Of a DNA stretch of 64,000 nt, positions 13,087-26,083 are shown one piece after another. This DNA is from Felis catus. Its lineage: Eukaryota. The stretch covers positions 161,326,001 through 161,390,000 of the forward strand of contig NC_058368.1 of NCBI RefSeq assembly GCF_018350175.1, read 5' to 3'. Numbering within the stretch: the stretch's first letter is position 1; every line of letters starts with the position of its first letter. Position numbers and translations under genes: made by a program. The notes beneath the pieces were generated by a model. The model did no database searches. It was not told where the DNA came from and was given only the letters and a program-made list of their open reading frames with translations.

Positions 13087-13977
13087 ATGACGAAACGGAA
13101 GAATTGCCCTCAGAAAAACGTCCAGGAAATAAAAACAGTTAACGAACTGATCAAAAATGATTTAAACAATATAACAGAAAGTGAATTGAATAATAGTCAT
13201 AAAATTAATCGCTGGGCTTGAAAACATTATAAAGGACAGCAGAGAATCTATTGCTACAGAGATCAAGGGACTAAGGAACAGCCAGGAAGAGCTAAAAAAT
13301 GCTATCAATGAACTGCAAAATAAAATGGAGACAACTATGGCTCGGGTTGAAGAGGCAGAGGTGAGAATAGGTGAACTAGAAGATAAAATTATGGAAGAAG
13401 AAGAACCTGAGAAAAAGAGAGATAAAAAAATCCAGGAGTATAAGGGGAAAATTAGAGAACTAAGTGATGCACTAAAGAGAAATAATCTATGCATAATTGG
13501 TATTCCAGAGGAGGAAGAGAGAGGGAAAGGTGCTGAAGGTGTACTTGAAGAAATAATAGCTGAGAACTTCCTGGATCTGGGGAAGGAAAAAGGCAATGAA
13601 ACCCAAGAGGCACAGAAAACTCCCTTCAGACGTACATGAATTGATCTTCTGCACAACATATCATAGTGAAACTGGCAAAATACAAGGATAAAGAGAAAAT
13701 TCTGAAAGCAGCTAGAAATAAACGTGCTCTAACATATACAGGGAGACCGATAAGACTCGTGACCAATCTCTCTACTGAAACTTGGCAGGCCAGAAAGGAA
13801 TGGCAGGAGATATTCAATGTGATGAAGAGAAAAAATATGCAGCCAAGAATCCTTTATCCAGCAAGTCTGTCATTTAGCAAAGAAGGAGAGATAAAGGTCT
13901 TCCCTAACAAACAAAAACTGAAGGAATTCGTCACCACTAAACCAGCCCTACAAGAGATCCTAAGGGGGATCCTGTGA
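13087..13977 (+). pseudogene. ORF1: L1 ORF1p, frameshifted
   Basis: MTKRKNCPQKN start; split over frames 12910-13221, 13325-13639 and 13666-13977; collinear with the intact ORF1 at 25140. Confidence 0.95.
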
Positions 13978-14027
13978 GACAAAGTACCAGAGACATCGTT
14001 ACAAGCATGAAACATACAGACATCACA

Positions 14028-17000
14028 ATGACTCTAAACCCATATCTTTCTATAATGACACTGAACGTAAATGGACTAAATGCGCCAACCAGAAGACATA
14101 GGGTATCAGAATGGATAAAAAAACAAGACCTATCTATTTGCTGTCTACAAGAGATTCATTTTAGACCTGAGGACACCTTCAGATTGTGAGTGAGGGGATG
14201 GAGAACTATTTATCATGCTACTGGAAGTCAAAAGAAAGCTAGAGTAGCCATACTTACATCAGACAAACTAGACTTTAAATTAAAGGCTGTAACAAGAGAT
14301 GAAGAAGGGCATTATATAATAATCACAGGGTCTATCCATTAGGAAGAGCTAACAATTATAAATGTCTATGCACCGAATACCGGAGCCCCCAAATATATAA
14401 AAAATTACTCACAAACATAAGCAACCTGATTGATAAAAATGTGGTAATTGCAGGGGACTTTAACACTCCACTTACAGAAATGGATAGATCATCTAGACAC
14501 ATGGTCAATAAAGAAACAAGGGCCCTGAATGATACATTGGATCAGATGGACTTGACAGATACATTTAGAACTCTGCATCCCAAAGCATCAGAATATACTT
14601 TCTTCTTGAATGCACATCGGACATTCTCCAAGATAGATCACATACTGGGTCACAAAAACAGCCCTTCATAAGTATACAAGAATTGAGATCACACCATGCA
14701 TACTTTCAGACCACAATGTTATGAAGCTTGAAATCAACCACAGGAAAAAGTCTTGAAAACCTCCAAAAGCATGGAGGTTAAAGAACACCCTAAAGAATGA
14801 GTGGGTCAACCAGGCAATTAGAGAAAAAATTTAAAAAGTATATGGAAACAAATGAAAATGAAAATACAACAATCCAAACGCTTTGGGATGCAGCAAAGGC
14901 AGTCCTGAGAGGAAAATACATTGCAATCCAGGACTATCTCAAGAAAAAAGAAAAGCCCAAATACAAAATCTAACAGCACACTTAAAGGAAATAGAATCAG
15001 AGCAGCAAAGGCAGACTAAACCCAGCAGAAGAAGAGAAATAATAAAGATCAGAGCAGAAATAAACAACATAGAATCTAAAAGAACTGTAGAGCAGATCAA
15101 CAAAACCAAGAGTTGTTTTTTTGAAAAAATAAACAAAATTGATAAACCTCTAGCCAGGCTTCTCAAAAAGAAAAGAGAGATGACCCAAATAGATAAAATC
15201 ATGAATGAAAATGGAATTATTATAACCAATCCCTCAGAGATATAAGCAATTATCAAGGAATACTATGAAAAATTATATGCCAACAAACTGGACAACCTGG
15301 AAGAAATTCCTAAACACCCACACGCTTCCAAAACTCAATCAGGAGGAAACAGAAAGCTTGAACAGACCCATAACCAGAGAAGAAATTGAATCAGTCATCA
15401 AAAATCTCCCAACAAATAAGAGTCCAGGACCAGATGGCTTCCCAGGGGAGTTCTACCAGATGTTTAAAGCAGAGATAATACCTATTTCTCAAGCTGTTCC
15501 AAAAAATAGAAAGGGAAGGAAAACTTCCAGACTTATTCTATGAAGCCAGTATTACTTTGATTCCTAAACCAGACAGAAACCCATTAAAAAAAGAGAACTA
15601 CAGGCCAATATCCCTGATGAATATGGATGCAAAAATTCTCAATAAGATACTAGCAAATTGAATTCAACAGCATATAAAAAGAATTATTCACCATGATCAA
15701 GTGGGATTGATTCCTGGGATGCAGGGCTGGTTCAACATTCACAAATCAATCAACGTGATACATCACATTAATCAAGAAAATATAAGAACCATATGATCCT
15801 GTCAATCGATGCAGAAAAGGCCTTTGACAAAATTCAGCAACGTTTCTTAACAAAAACCCTTGAGAAAGTCGGGATAGAAGCAACATACTTAAAGATCATA
15901 AAAGCCATTTATGAAAAGCCCACAGCTAACATCATCCTCAATGGGGAAAAACTGAGAGCTTTTTCCCTGAGATCATGAACACGACAGGGATGTCCACTCT
16001 CACCACTGTTGTTTAAAATAGTGTTGGAAGTTTTAGCATCAGCAATCAGGCAACAAAGGAATTCAAAGGCATCAAAATTGGCAAAGATGAAGTTAAACTT
16101 TAACTTTTTGCAGATGACATGATATCATACATGGAAAATCCGATAGACTCCACCAAAAGTCTGCCAGCACTGATACATGAATTCAGCAAAGTTGCAGGAT
16201 ACAAAATCAATGTACAGAAATCAGTTGCATTCTTATACACTAATAATGAAGCAACAGAAAGACAAATAAAGAAACTGATCCCATTTACAATTGCACCAAG
16301 AAGCATAAAATACCTAGGGATAAATCTAACCAAAGATGTAAAAGGTCTGTATGCTGAAAACTATAGAAAGCTTATGAAGGAAATTGAAGAAGATATAAAG
16401 AAATGTAAAAACATTCCATGCTCATGGATTGGAAAAATAAATATTGTCAAAATGTCAATACTACCCAAAGCTATCTACACTTTCAATGCAATCCCAATCA
16501 AAATTGCACCAGCATTCTTCTCGAAACTAGAAGAAGCAATCCTAAAATTCATGTGGAACTACAAAAGGCCCCAAATAGCCAAAGTAATTTTGAAGAAGAA
16601 GCCCAAAGCAGGAGGCATCACAATCCCAGACTTTAGCATCTACTACAAAGCTGTCATCATCAAGACAGCATGGTATTGGCACAAAAACAGACACATAGAC
16701 CAATGGAATAGAATAGAAACCCCAGAACTAGACCCACAAACGTATGGCCAACTAATCTTTGACAAAGCAGGAAAGAACATCCAATGGAAAAAAGGCAGTC
16801 TCTTTAACAAATGGTGCTGGGAGAACTGGACAGCAACATGCAGAAGGTTGAAACTAGACCACTTTCTCACACCATTCACAAAAATAAACTCAAAATGGAT
16901 AAAGGACCTGAATGTGAGACAGGAAACCATCAAAACCCTAGAGGAGAAAGCAGGAAAAGACCTCTATGACCTCAGCCGTCCCAATCTCTTACTCGACACA

Positions 17001-17837
17001 TCCCCAAAGGCAAGGGAATTAAAAGCAAAAGTGAATTACTGGGACCTTATGAAGATAAAAAGCTTCTGCACAGCAAAGGAAACAATCAACAAAACTAAAA
17101 GGCAACCAACGGAATGGGAAAAGATATTTGCAAATGACATATCGGACAAAGGGCTAGTATCCAAAATCTATAAAGAGCTCACCAAACTCCACACCTGAAA
17201 AACAAATAACCCTGTGAAGAAGTGGGCAGAAAACATGAATAGACACTTCTCTAAAGAAGACACCCGGATGGCCAACAGGCACATGAAATGATGCTCAACG
17301 TCGCTCCTCATCAGGCAAATACAAATCAAAACCACATTCAGATATCACCTCACGCCAGTCAGAGTGGCCAAAATGAACAAATCAGGAGACTATAGATGCT
17401 GGAGAGGATGTGGAGAATCGGGAACCCTCTTGCACTGTTGGTGGGAATGCCAAGTGGTGCAGCCACTCTGGAAAACAGTGTGGAGGTTCCTCGAAAAATT
17501 AAAAATAGACCTACCCTATGACCTAGCAATAGCACTGCTAGGAATTTACCCAAGAGATACAGGAGTATTGATGCATAGGGGCATTTGTACCCCAATGTTC
17601 ATAGAAGCACTCTCAACAATAGCCAAATTATGGAAAGAGCCTAAATGTCCATCAACTGATGAATGGAAAAAGAAATTGTGGTTTATGTACACAATGGAGT
17701 TCTACGTGGTAATGAGAAAGAATGAAATATGGCCCCTTGTAGCAACGTGGATGGAACTGGACAGTGTTATGCTAAGTGAAATAAGCCATACAGAGAAAGA
17801 CAGATACCATATGGTTTCACTCTTATGTGGATCCTGA
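14028..17837 (+). pseudogene. ORF2: L1 ORF2p (endonuclease/reverse transcriptase), multiple stops and frameshifts
   Basis: Fragments with [36 protein letters not shown] and RCWRGCG...HCWWEC spread over at least seven ORF pieces. Confidence 0.95.
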
Positions 17838-19367
17838 GAAACTTAACAGAAACCCATGGGGGAGGGGAAGGAAAAAAAAAGAGGTTAGAATGGAAGAGAA
17901 CCAAAGCATAAGAGACTCTTAAAAACTGAGAACAAACTGAGGGTTGATGGGGGGGTGGGAGGGAGGGGAGGGTGGGTGATGGGTATTGAGGAGGGCTCCT
18001 TTTGGGATGAGCACTGGGTGTTGTATGGAAACCAATTTGACAATAAACTTCATATATTGAAAAAAATTAATTAAAAAAAAATAAATAAATACCCAGTATC
18101 TTTAAACATCTCACAATATCATAAAATACTTTGGACCCTTAATTACTTTTCCAATAGTTTATAAGCCATTCATAAGTTTGTTTAAGGAGACCAATAATAA
18201 TTATACATCCCAACTTCATCCAATTCTACTAGTCACTATTCTAAATTCCTTTTTCTCCTAAACTTTAGAGTGAAAATTCAAATTAAAGTGGAAATTTTAA
18301 ATGTATGACATGTATTACACAAGTATCTGTAAGTGAGAAAGTGAGTTTTTGCATACAACAGGAATTACACATTACACATTGTAATAATCACAGGGAGCAA
18401 AACCAAAGCTTATGATTGACATAAAATAATTGTCAAACTGCCAACATTAAGGGTTGCTGGTGTCACCTCTTTGTGAGTAAATCTGCTTACATTTGAATAA
18501 TTTAAGTATTTTGGCAAGTACTTTTTCTTCCTTATTTGACTTGCCACATATTTCAAAAGATGATTGATTATCATGCCAGCAATGAATAAGATGCCACACC
18601 CAGATGTCCATGGCAGAACCTTCTTACCACATGAATATATCATTTGACGAATGCATATGGATGATATATCTTATTTTAGCCTTCATATATTCACTCAGTA
18701 TTCATGGTTTTAGCTTGTGGCTTTCAGAGTCATGAAGATACATTAGTTTCACTTATTATTTAGTTTAAAAATTATATTGTTATTAATATTAATGTGAATA
18801 AAATGCTACTATAACTTAGTACTGAAATAGATAACCTGCCATAAAAGTTGTTTCAATCACTTAAGATATTTGCCAGTAAAATACCTGGGACAGTATCTTC
18901 AGTAATCTCCTCATAGTTTACATTCAGCTACATTGTATGCTAAATAAAATAAATAAAATACTGGCAACAAATTTGAAGAAATTTATTCACCTATAAATGG
19001 AAATAAGCAACAACAGAAATATAGGATTACAAACTTGGGAATTATCTGTCTTAAAATTTTTTTTAATCAAATAGAAAAATGGAGATTTAGAGATCTGAAA
19101 TAACTTGACTCAAATTACTCAGAAAGCAAATCCTTTTCAAATTGTCCTTTAAATTGATTCTCTTATATCTATATATTGAATTCTTTCTTCTAGAGAATTT
19201 AGTTGGTCCTTATATTGTAATATGCCTTTACACACAAAAGGAGCAAATAATTGTTGATATTTCTACTACTTTCAACTACTATAGAAAACCTTACACAATA
19301 TTGCACTATTCATCAAACCACACAGTTGGAAGAATGACACATGTGAATTTAAAAATAGGTTATATGA

Positions 19368-19596
19368 GGGATGCCTGGGTTGGTCAGTGGTTAACCTCCG
19401 ACTTTGCCTCAGGTCATGATTTCACTGCTCAGGAGTTCAGGCCCCATGTCAGGCTCTGTGCTGACAGCTCAGAGCCTGGAGCCTGTTTGAGATTCTGTGC
19501 CTCCCTCTCTCTCTGTGCCTCCCCCCTTGTGCTCTGTCTCTCTCTCAAAAACAAATAAACATTAAAAATTTATTTAAAAAATATAATAAAACAATT
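19368..19596 (+). mobile_element. Can-SINE
   Basis: gggatgcctgggt head, gctgacagctcagagcctggagcctg, (CT)n and A tail; degenerate TSD aaaaataggttatatga / aaaaataagtggcatga. Confidence 0.92.
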
Positions 19597-19649
19597 AAAA
19601 ATAAGTGGCATGAACAAAAAAAAAAAAAAAAAAAACTGTTTCACCCAGG

Positions 19650-20112
19650 GTGTTGGTTACACATTATTGTGTAAGAATCTGCCTCAGAACTCAGAAGCCT
19701 AAAGCAAGAATTATTTGTTATTTCTCTTATATCTTTGGTGTGATTGGATGATTCCTGTGCTGTTTTCACATGTGCTTCTTCAGGATGCTACATACAGCTG
19801 AGAAGTTGGTTGGGATTGGAGTTGAGCTGTAACATCTAGAATATCTAGGGCTCTCTCCACATGTCTTTTTTCATCCAGGAGACTAGATCAGACTGGACTT
19901 CCAGAGATGTGATGTCCACATGACAAGAGAGTGCAAGGTCTCAGAAGTTGTCCAGCATCATTTCTGTCACATTCCATTGATCAAAAAGCAAGACCCAAGA
20001 CCAGGTTCAAAGGGCTAGATAAAGAGAACATATCTCTGAATGGGAAGAGCAGCAATGGCCCATTGTGCCAGGGCTTTCTAACCAGGCCCTAATTGCAGTC
20101 ACCATGTTTGCT
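19650..20112 (-). mobile_element. ERVL-MaLR solo LTR (MLT1 family)
   Basis: Reverse MLT1 motifs catcatttctgtcacattccattgatcaaa and tctctgaatgggaagagcagcaa. Confidence 0.65.
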
Positions 20113-20459
20113 GTAGGGCATGAACACAAATGTATGAGTAAAACTCGGTGTATTTCAAACTGGGTTTTTATGAGGTAAATTTGCCAATACACACTGTGAA
20201 ATTTCTCCAACTTTAAGATGTCTACAAGACTTAGACAGAGCTCTTTGTGTTCTCTTTCCTTTTCCACTTCTTTAGAGGCCCCACCCATATTTATTTTCCT
20301 TGGAAATCAATGAAGACAACTTATAAATACATATAATGTAGCTTAATGTCACTTCATCCAACTCTACTTGTCTAAAATTAGATTTATCTTCACAGAATTC
20401 CTAATTCTCTAACAGTGCTACCTTTCTTTTTTCAGGTTCCTTTTGATCAGTAACTCAGA

Positions 20460-20660
20460 ATAGTGGTTTTAAATGTTGTCAACAAATGAACACTTTTCTT
20501 TTCAAGCAAAATCTTACATGGAATCTCAATAAGTAAAAATATAAACATGGGCACTAGTTAACATAAATTTGTTTTTAAGACATTTGTAACATTTCTTTAT
20601 CATTTCAATCATGTCAATGAGAAAATTGTAAGTGTTTAGATTTAAAAAGTTGAAAACAAC
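20460..20660. mobile_element. Possible hAT-Charlie-type MITE relic
   Basis: Degenerate inverted ends tagtggttttaaatg ... aagttgaaaacaac about 200 bp apart. Confidence 0.35.
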
Positions 20661-21689
20661 AACTGAAATTATGATTGCTATTATACATTAGTCTAACATC
20701 TAATGTCTTTCTTTTTATTTTGATTGCATAACATGGATAAAATTCTGATTCAAACAGATAAGCAGCTACAATTGCTACCTTAAAATCTCAAGATATTTTT
20801 TAACTAACCTGAAATAAATGCTTACTAGAAAAATAGAAAAAGCGTGCTTCAAAGTTGAATCACTATCAATATTAAAATTGCCGGCACACTTCATAATAAA
20901 TTTGAGAGATAAGCAGTATCCCAAAGTTATTACAATACAACAATGTTGATAAGACAATAATTACAAGGCAGGGCTCTTATTCATTTATGGTTGATAATGA
21001 TTATTCCCTGGCATAGATGATCCTAAGCCTTGACTGGAAGCCATTCCACTAATTTACCTAGATGCAATAATCATCAGAAGTTATAGAAAATAGTCTTTTC
21101 TTCTTTGTGTTGTGCTCAGCCAGAGGGCACATGTCTTTAATGACAGATGTCTTTAACTGTACGGTTCTTTCACTTTCAACATGTGATGCACACATGGGTC
21201 TATTTGCATACATGGCAACTACCCTTCCTAACCTCCAGCAATGGCAACGGGTTCTTACTTATCCAGTATATCATTTCCCACACTTATCACATATAAAAAT
21301 TGGATAAATCAAGATATTTCTTGAATACCTACTATGGTTAGGGCCAATTCAAACCCGTCAATCTGGTTTCAAAATCCGTATCAACTGGCTCCTTCATAAC
21401 TCTCAAATTTCATCTTTTACTATTTCAAATACACTATCCTCCTATACAACCCATCTTACAGAACACGTCAATTTCCTCTCTATACCCTACTCTGATGTTT
21501 CTCCTATTTACAATGTTCTCATGTTCCCCTGTCAGCCAAATATATCTATTTTTTGTATGTGTGTATGCACATATTCTTTGATTCATCTACTATGTACTCA
21601 TTTAATGTAAGGTTTGGAAAAGTTGCATCTTATATAGGATATTAAATTTTAAAGTCAAAATTGCCCTTAAAATTACTTCTAAAATTTGT

Positions 21690-22560
21690 ACTCATTTTAA
21701 ATAGCTGTTATGAAATCATCTGCTAATCCTGACACCTCTGTCATTTTCATTATTGATTGGTATTTCTCCTGGATACGGGTCTCATTAGTTGTTTTTGCAT
21801 GTCTATTTTTCACAGCATACTGGACATTATGAATATTATATTACTGATTATTTACATGTTTTTGCTTTCCTTAATGAAGCATTTATTTTGTCCCACCTGA
21901 CAGTTAGTTTATTCACCCATACCTTTACCTTTCCAAGCCTTTAAAAAAATTAAAAAAAAAAAAATCCTTGTTACTTGCAGTAGAGAGCAGGCTTTGAGAC
22001 CCAGAATTAGATCACCAGTAAAGCATGATCTCTTTGCTACCTACCATATTAAACAAAGTCTCTCCACACTGGCTACCTGGAATCACAACATCTGTTCTGT
22101 GCCAGCTGCAGCAGTTGTTTGGCTCAAGGCTCCCTAATAGTTGTGTGTCTTTTGGCAGTCAGTAGGTATGAAGCCTCTCGGAACGTCATTTGCACATGTT
22201 CAGCTTAGTCTGTAGCCAAAGACCCGAGGTGAGTTGCATACGCATTTCTGAACCTCCTTCTCTAGACAAATATCTTTTCTCTGATACCCTGCTCTGAAAA
22301 TTCTAGCCAAGTCAGTAGCCTCAAGTTCTGATCTCTGTCTCCTCAATTTGACAAGACTACTTTTGGGCTTCCTCTCCCAGAACTACAGTCAGGAATATGC
22401 ATTCATGCAGAAAACCAGGGCAATCATGAAGCTCATCTCATTTATTTTCTTTCTTTCAGTGATTCCCACCACATCTGAAAACAGTCCATCTTTGCAGTAA
22501 TTTATGGTAGCACAACAGGTCTAATAGCAGTTATTTTGTAATGACACAAAGTAGAATTAT
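21690..22560 (-). mobile_element. Ancient L1M 5'-region fragment
   Basis: Resembles reverse-strand old L1 ORF1/5' sequence (aatagctgttatgaaatcatctgctaat..., tttgcatgtct..., ctggacattatgaat). Highly diverged. Confidence 0.45.
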
Positions 22561-23417
22561 AATACCGCAGTCTATTACATAGTTGCTGGTAACACAGGAG
22601 GGCAAATGTCTCTATATGTGATATATATGTATCTCAGTAGTACAGGAAAGGGGGAGAAATTTTATCTAATAAATAATATGTAACAAAAATATTATCTAAC
22701 AAAAACTTCCCAAAATTATGCTAATTTCTTTTGTAAACATTCAATTAGTATTTCTGGTGTGTGGTGACAGGCATCAAAATATGCAAAAAAGTGTGGTAAT
22801 CTCACTCTTGAAAGAGATTAATATTTTCTTGTCTTATTTATGGCAATCAGAATAAAAGTCTCATGTTCAGAAACTTGAAAAGCGGAGAGTCAAGAGTATC
22901 CAGGTTCAAGTCCTCAAGTTTATATGTGTAAGTCATGTATATATGATAGGTTTGGTCAGGCAGAGGACCAAGTCAAGGAGGTCAGCTGGTAAGTCTACAT
23001 GCAAATAAATGCAATTAAGATTTTATATAGGGCCACTAATTACTGACACAAAAATCACTGTGTAGTGTTGAACTCTCTGTGCTACTCTATTCCACTTTTG
23101 GAAATAGGTACATGCCTTTTTGCCTACAAATCATAACACTGTTCAAAAGAAAGTCAGTCTTGCAGGAAAATATGGAAAGTGGGAAACCAGGCCTACGTAA
23201 CTCTTCCTAACAGATGTAAGCAGAAGAGAGCGTACGTTATCGCAGTGTCAGATATTCGAAAGCTTCATTTATCTCATGGAAGAGCAAAGTAGCATTTTAC
23301 CATGAAAAGCCTGAGAGGCTGACCATCAAGAAGATTTAAAAGGTGAATTCAGCAAGACCCTCTACCTTATTGTTAACTTGTAGTCACTTGACAATATTTA
23401 AATTGACATTTAAAAAA

Positions 23418-24200
23418 GATTTATGAATGTCCAATAAACACATAAAAATGCTCAATCTCATTAGTCATTTGAGACATGTAAATTTAAACCACAGTGAGGA
23501 GTCATTTCACACTCACTAGAATGGCTATATAAAAAAGACATATAATAAGAAGTGTTGGCAAGAATACAGAAAACTGGAACCTTTGTACATGCTAATAGTA
23601 ATGGAAAATGGTGCAGTTACTTTAGAAAATATTTCAGCAGTTTCTTAAAAAGTGAAACATAAATTTATCATATGATCCAGCAATTCCATTCCTGAGCACT
23701 TACCCAGAATACATAAAAATATATGTCCACACAAGGATTTTCATATGAATGTTCACAGAAACATCATTCCTAGTAGCTGAAATGTGGCAACAATTCAAAT
23801 GTCCACCAACTGATAAATGTCTAAACAAAATGTGGTGTATCCATACAAGGGAATACTGCTCTGCAATAAAAAGGAAGAAACTACTATGATTCTACAACAT
23901 GGATGAACCTCAGAAACATGCTAAAGCTAAAGAAGTCAGATGCAAGACATAGTGTGTGACTCTATGTATATGAATGGTCCAGAAGGAAAAAAAAAAAAAG
24001 ACAAATGTAGATTTAGTGGTTGCCTGGGAATGAAAGTGGGAATGAGGATTTGCTGAAAATGGACACAGGGATTCTTTCTGGGTTTATTGTGCTGATGGCT
24101 CTACAGCTATTTAAATTTACTAAAAATTATCAAACTGTACACTTAAAATGGGTAAATTTTATGATTTGTAATCTATAACTCAATAAAGTTGTTTAAAAAA
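23418..24200 (+). mobile_element. Ancient LINE-1 3' fragment (L1MB/MC-like)
   Basis: ORF2 end motifs (tgctcaatctcattagtcat, tatgatccagcaattcca, caacatggatgaacctc); 3'UTR ends aactgtacacttaaaatgggt...ctcaataaagttgtttaaaaaa. Confidence 0.85.
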
Positions 24201-24210
24201 TTGTCAATAA

Positions 24211-25139
24211 GGAGAAGCGGCAAGATGGCGGCTTAGGAGGACGCTGGGCTCACTGCGCGTCCTGCTGATCACTTGGATTCCACCTACACCTGCCTAAATA
24301 ACCCAGAAAACTGCCAGAGGATTAGCAGAACGGAGTCGCTGGAGCCAAACGCAGACGAGACGCCCACGGAAGAGGGTAGGAAGGGCGGCGAGGCGGTGCG
24401 CGCTCCACGGACTGGCGGGAGGGAGCCGGGGCGGAGGGGCGGCTCGCCGGCCAAGCAGAGCCCCCGAGTCTGGCTGGCAAAAGCGGAGGGGCCTGACGGA
24501 CTGTGTTCCCACAACAAGCGCGACTTAGCGTCTGGGAGGTCATAAGTTAACAGCTCTGCTCGGAAAGCGGGAAGGCTGGAGGACAAAGGGAGGGAGAGCT
24601 GCTGAGCCCCCTGACGACAGAGCTCAGCTTGGTGGGGAACAAAGGCGCTCGCCAGCGCCATCTCCCCCGCCCATCCCCCAGCCAAAATCCCAAAGAGAAC
24701 CAGTTCCTGCCAGGGAACTTGCTCGCTCCTTGCAAACACCCAACTCTGTGCTTCTGCGGAGCCAAACCTCCGGCAGCGGATCTGACTCCCTCCCGCTGCC
24801 ACAGGGCCCCTCCTGAAGAGGATCACCTAAGGAGAAGCGATCTAAGCCTGCCCCTCCTGCCCCCGTGCACCTTGCCTACCCACCCCAGCTAATACGCCAT
24901 ATCCCCAGCATCACAAGCCTGGCAGTGTGCAAGTAGCCCAGACGGGCCACACCACCCCACAGTGAATCCCACCCCTAGGAGAGGGGAAGAGAAGGCACAC
25001 ACCAGTCTGACTGTGGCCCCAGCGGTGGGCTGGGGGCACACATCAGGTCTGACTGCGGCCCCGCCCACCGACTCCAGTTATACACCACAGCACAGGGGAA
25101 GTGCCCTGCAGGTCCTCACCACGCCAGGGACTATCCAAA
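24211..25139 (+). promoter_or_regulatory. L1 5'UTR internal Pol II promoter (CpG-rich) with YY1 motif
   Basis: CAAGATGGCGGC at 24221-24232 matches the YY1 consensus found at L1 5' ends; many CpGs retained compared with the flanks. Confidence 0.8.
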
Positions 25140-26033
25140 ATGACCAAGCGGAAGAATTCCCCTCAGAAGAATCTCCAGGAAATAACAACAGCTAATGAGC
25201 TGATCAAAAAGGATTTAAATAATATAACAGAAAGTGAATTTAGAATAATAGTCATAAAATTAATCGCTGGGCTTGAAAACAGTATACAGGACAGCAGAGA
25301 ATCTCTTGCTACAGAGATCAAGGGACTAAGGAACAGTCACGAGGAGCTGAAAAACACTTTAAACGAAATGCATAACAAAATGGAAACCACCACAGCTCGG
25401 CTTGAAGAGGCAGAGGAGAGAATAGGTGAACTAGAGGATAAAGTTATGGAAAAAGAGGAAGCTGAGAAAAAGAGAGATAAAAAAATCCAGGAGTATGAGG
25501 GGAAAATTAGAGAACTAAGTGATACACTAAAAAGAAATAATATACGCATAATTGGTATCCCAGAGGAGGAAGAGAGAGGGAAAGGTGCTGAAGGGGTACT
25601 TGAAGAAATCATAGCTGAGAACTTCCCTGAACTGGGGAAGGAAAAAGGCATTGAAATCCAAGAGGCACAGAGAACTCCCTTCAGACGTAACTTGAATCGA
25701 TCTTCTGCACGACATATCATAGTGAAACTGGCAAAATACAAGGATAAAGAGAAAATTCTGAAAGCAGCAAGGGGTAAACGTGCCCTCACATATAAAGGGA
25801 GACCTATAAGACTCGTGACTGATCTCTCTTTTGAAACTTGGCAGGCCAGAAAGAATTGGCACGAGATTTTCAGGGTGCTAGACAGAAAAAATATGCAGCC
25901 GGGAATCCTTTACCCAGCAAGTCTGTCATTTAGAATAGAAGGAGAGATAAAGGTCTTCCCAAACAAACAAAAACTGAAGGAATTTGTCACCACTAAACCA
26001 GCCCTACAAGAGATCCTAAGGGAGACCCTGTGA
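25140..26033 (+). CDS. ORF1: L1 ORF1p, RNA-binding/chaperone protein (297 aa from ATG 25140)
   Basis: Uninterrupted frame [11 protein letters not shown]...LQEILRETL with coiled coil, RRM ([17 protein letters not shown]) and CTD (WQARK.W, YPASLSF). Confidence 0.96.
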   Translation: MTKRKNSPQKNLQEITTANELIKKDLNNITESEFRIIVIKLIAGLENSIQDSRESLATEIKGLRNSHEELKNTLNEMHNKMETTTARLEEAEERIGELEDKVMEKEEAEKKRDKKIQEYEGKIRELSDTLKRNNIRIIGIPEEEERGKGAEGVLEEIIAENFPELGKEKGIEIQEAQRTPFRRNLNRSSARHIIVKLAKYKDKEKILKAARGKRALTYKGRPIRLVTDLSFETWQARKNWHEIFRVLDRKNMQPGILYPASLSFRIEGEIKVFPNKQKLKEFVTTKPALQEILRETL

Positions 26034-26083
26034 GACAAAGTCCCAGAGACATCACTACAAGCATAAAACATACAGACATTACA

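Larger units (their letters stand above)
12161..18086 (+). mobile_element. Full-length felid LINE-1 (L1_Fc-like), inactivated
   Basis: GC-rich 5'UTR, fragmented ORF1 and ORF2, G-rich 3'UTR, AATAAA at 18042-18047, A-tail; TSD aaatacccagtat at 12148-12160 and 18087-18099, preceded by TTTT (endonuclease-type site). Confidence 0.98.

Noticed and set aside
17941..17995. G-quadruplex-prone tract (also ~30012-30055)
   Set aside because: Standard polypurine tract of the L1 3'UTR; real but not novel.
18410..18643. 77-aa minus-strand ORF with a hydrophobic stretch
   Set aside because: No recognisable homology or clear splice structure; length compatible with chance.
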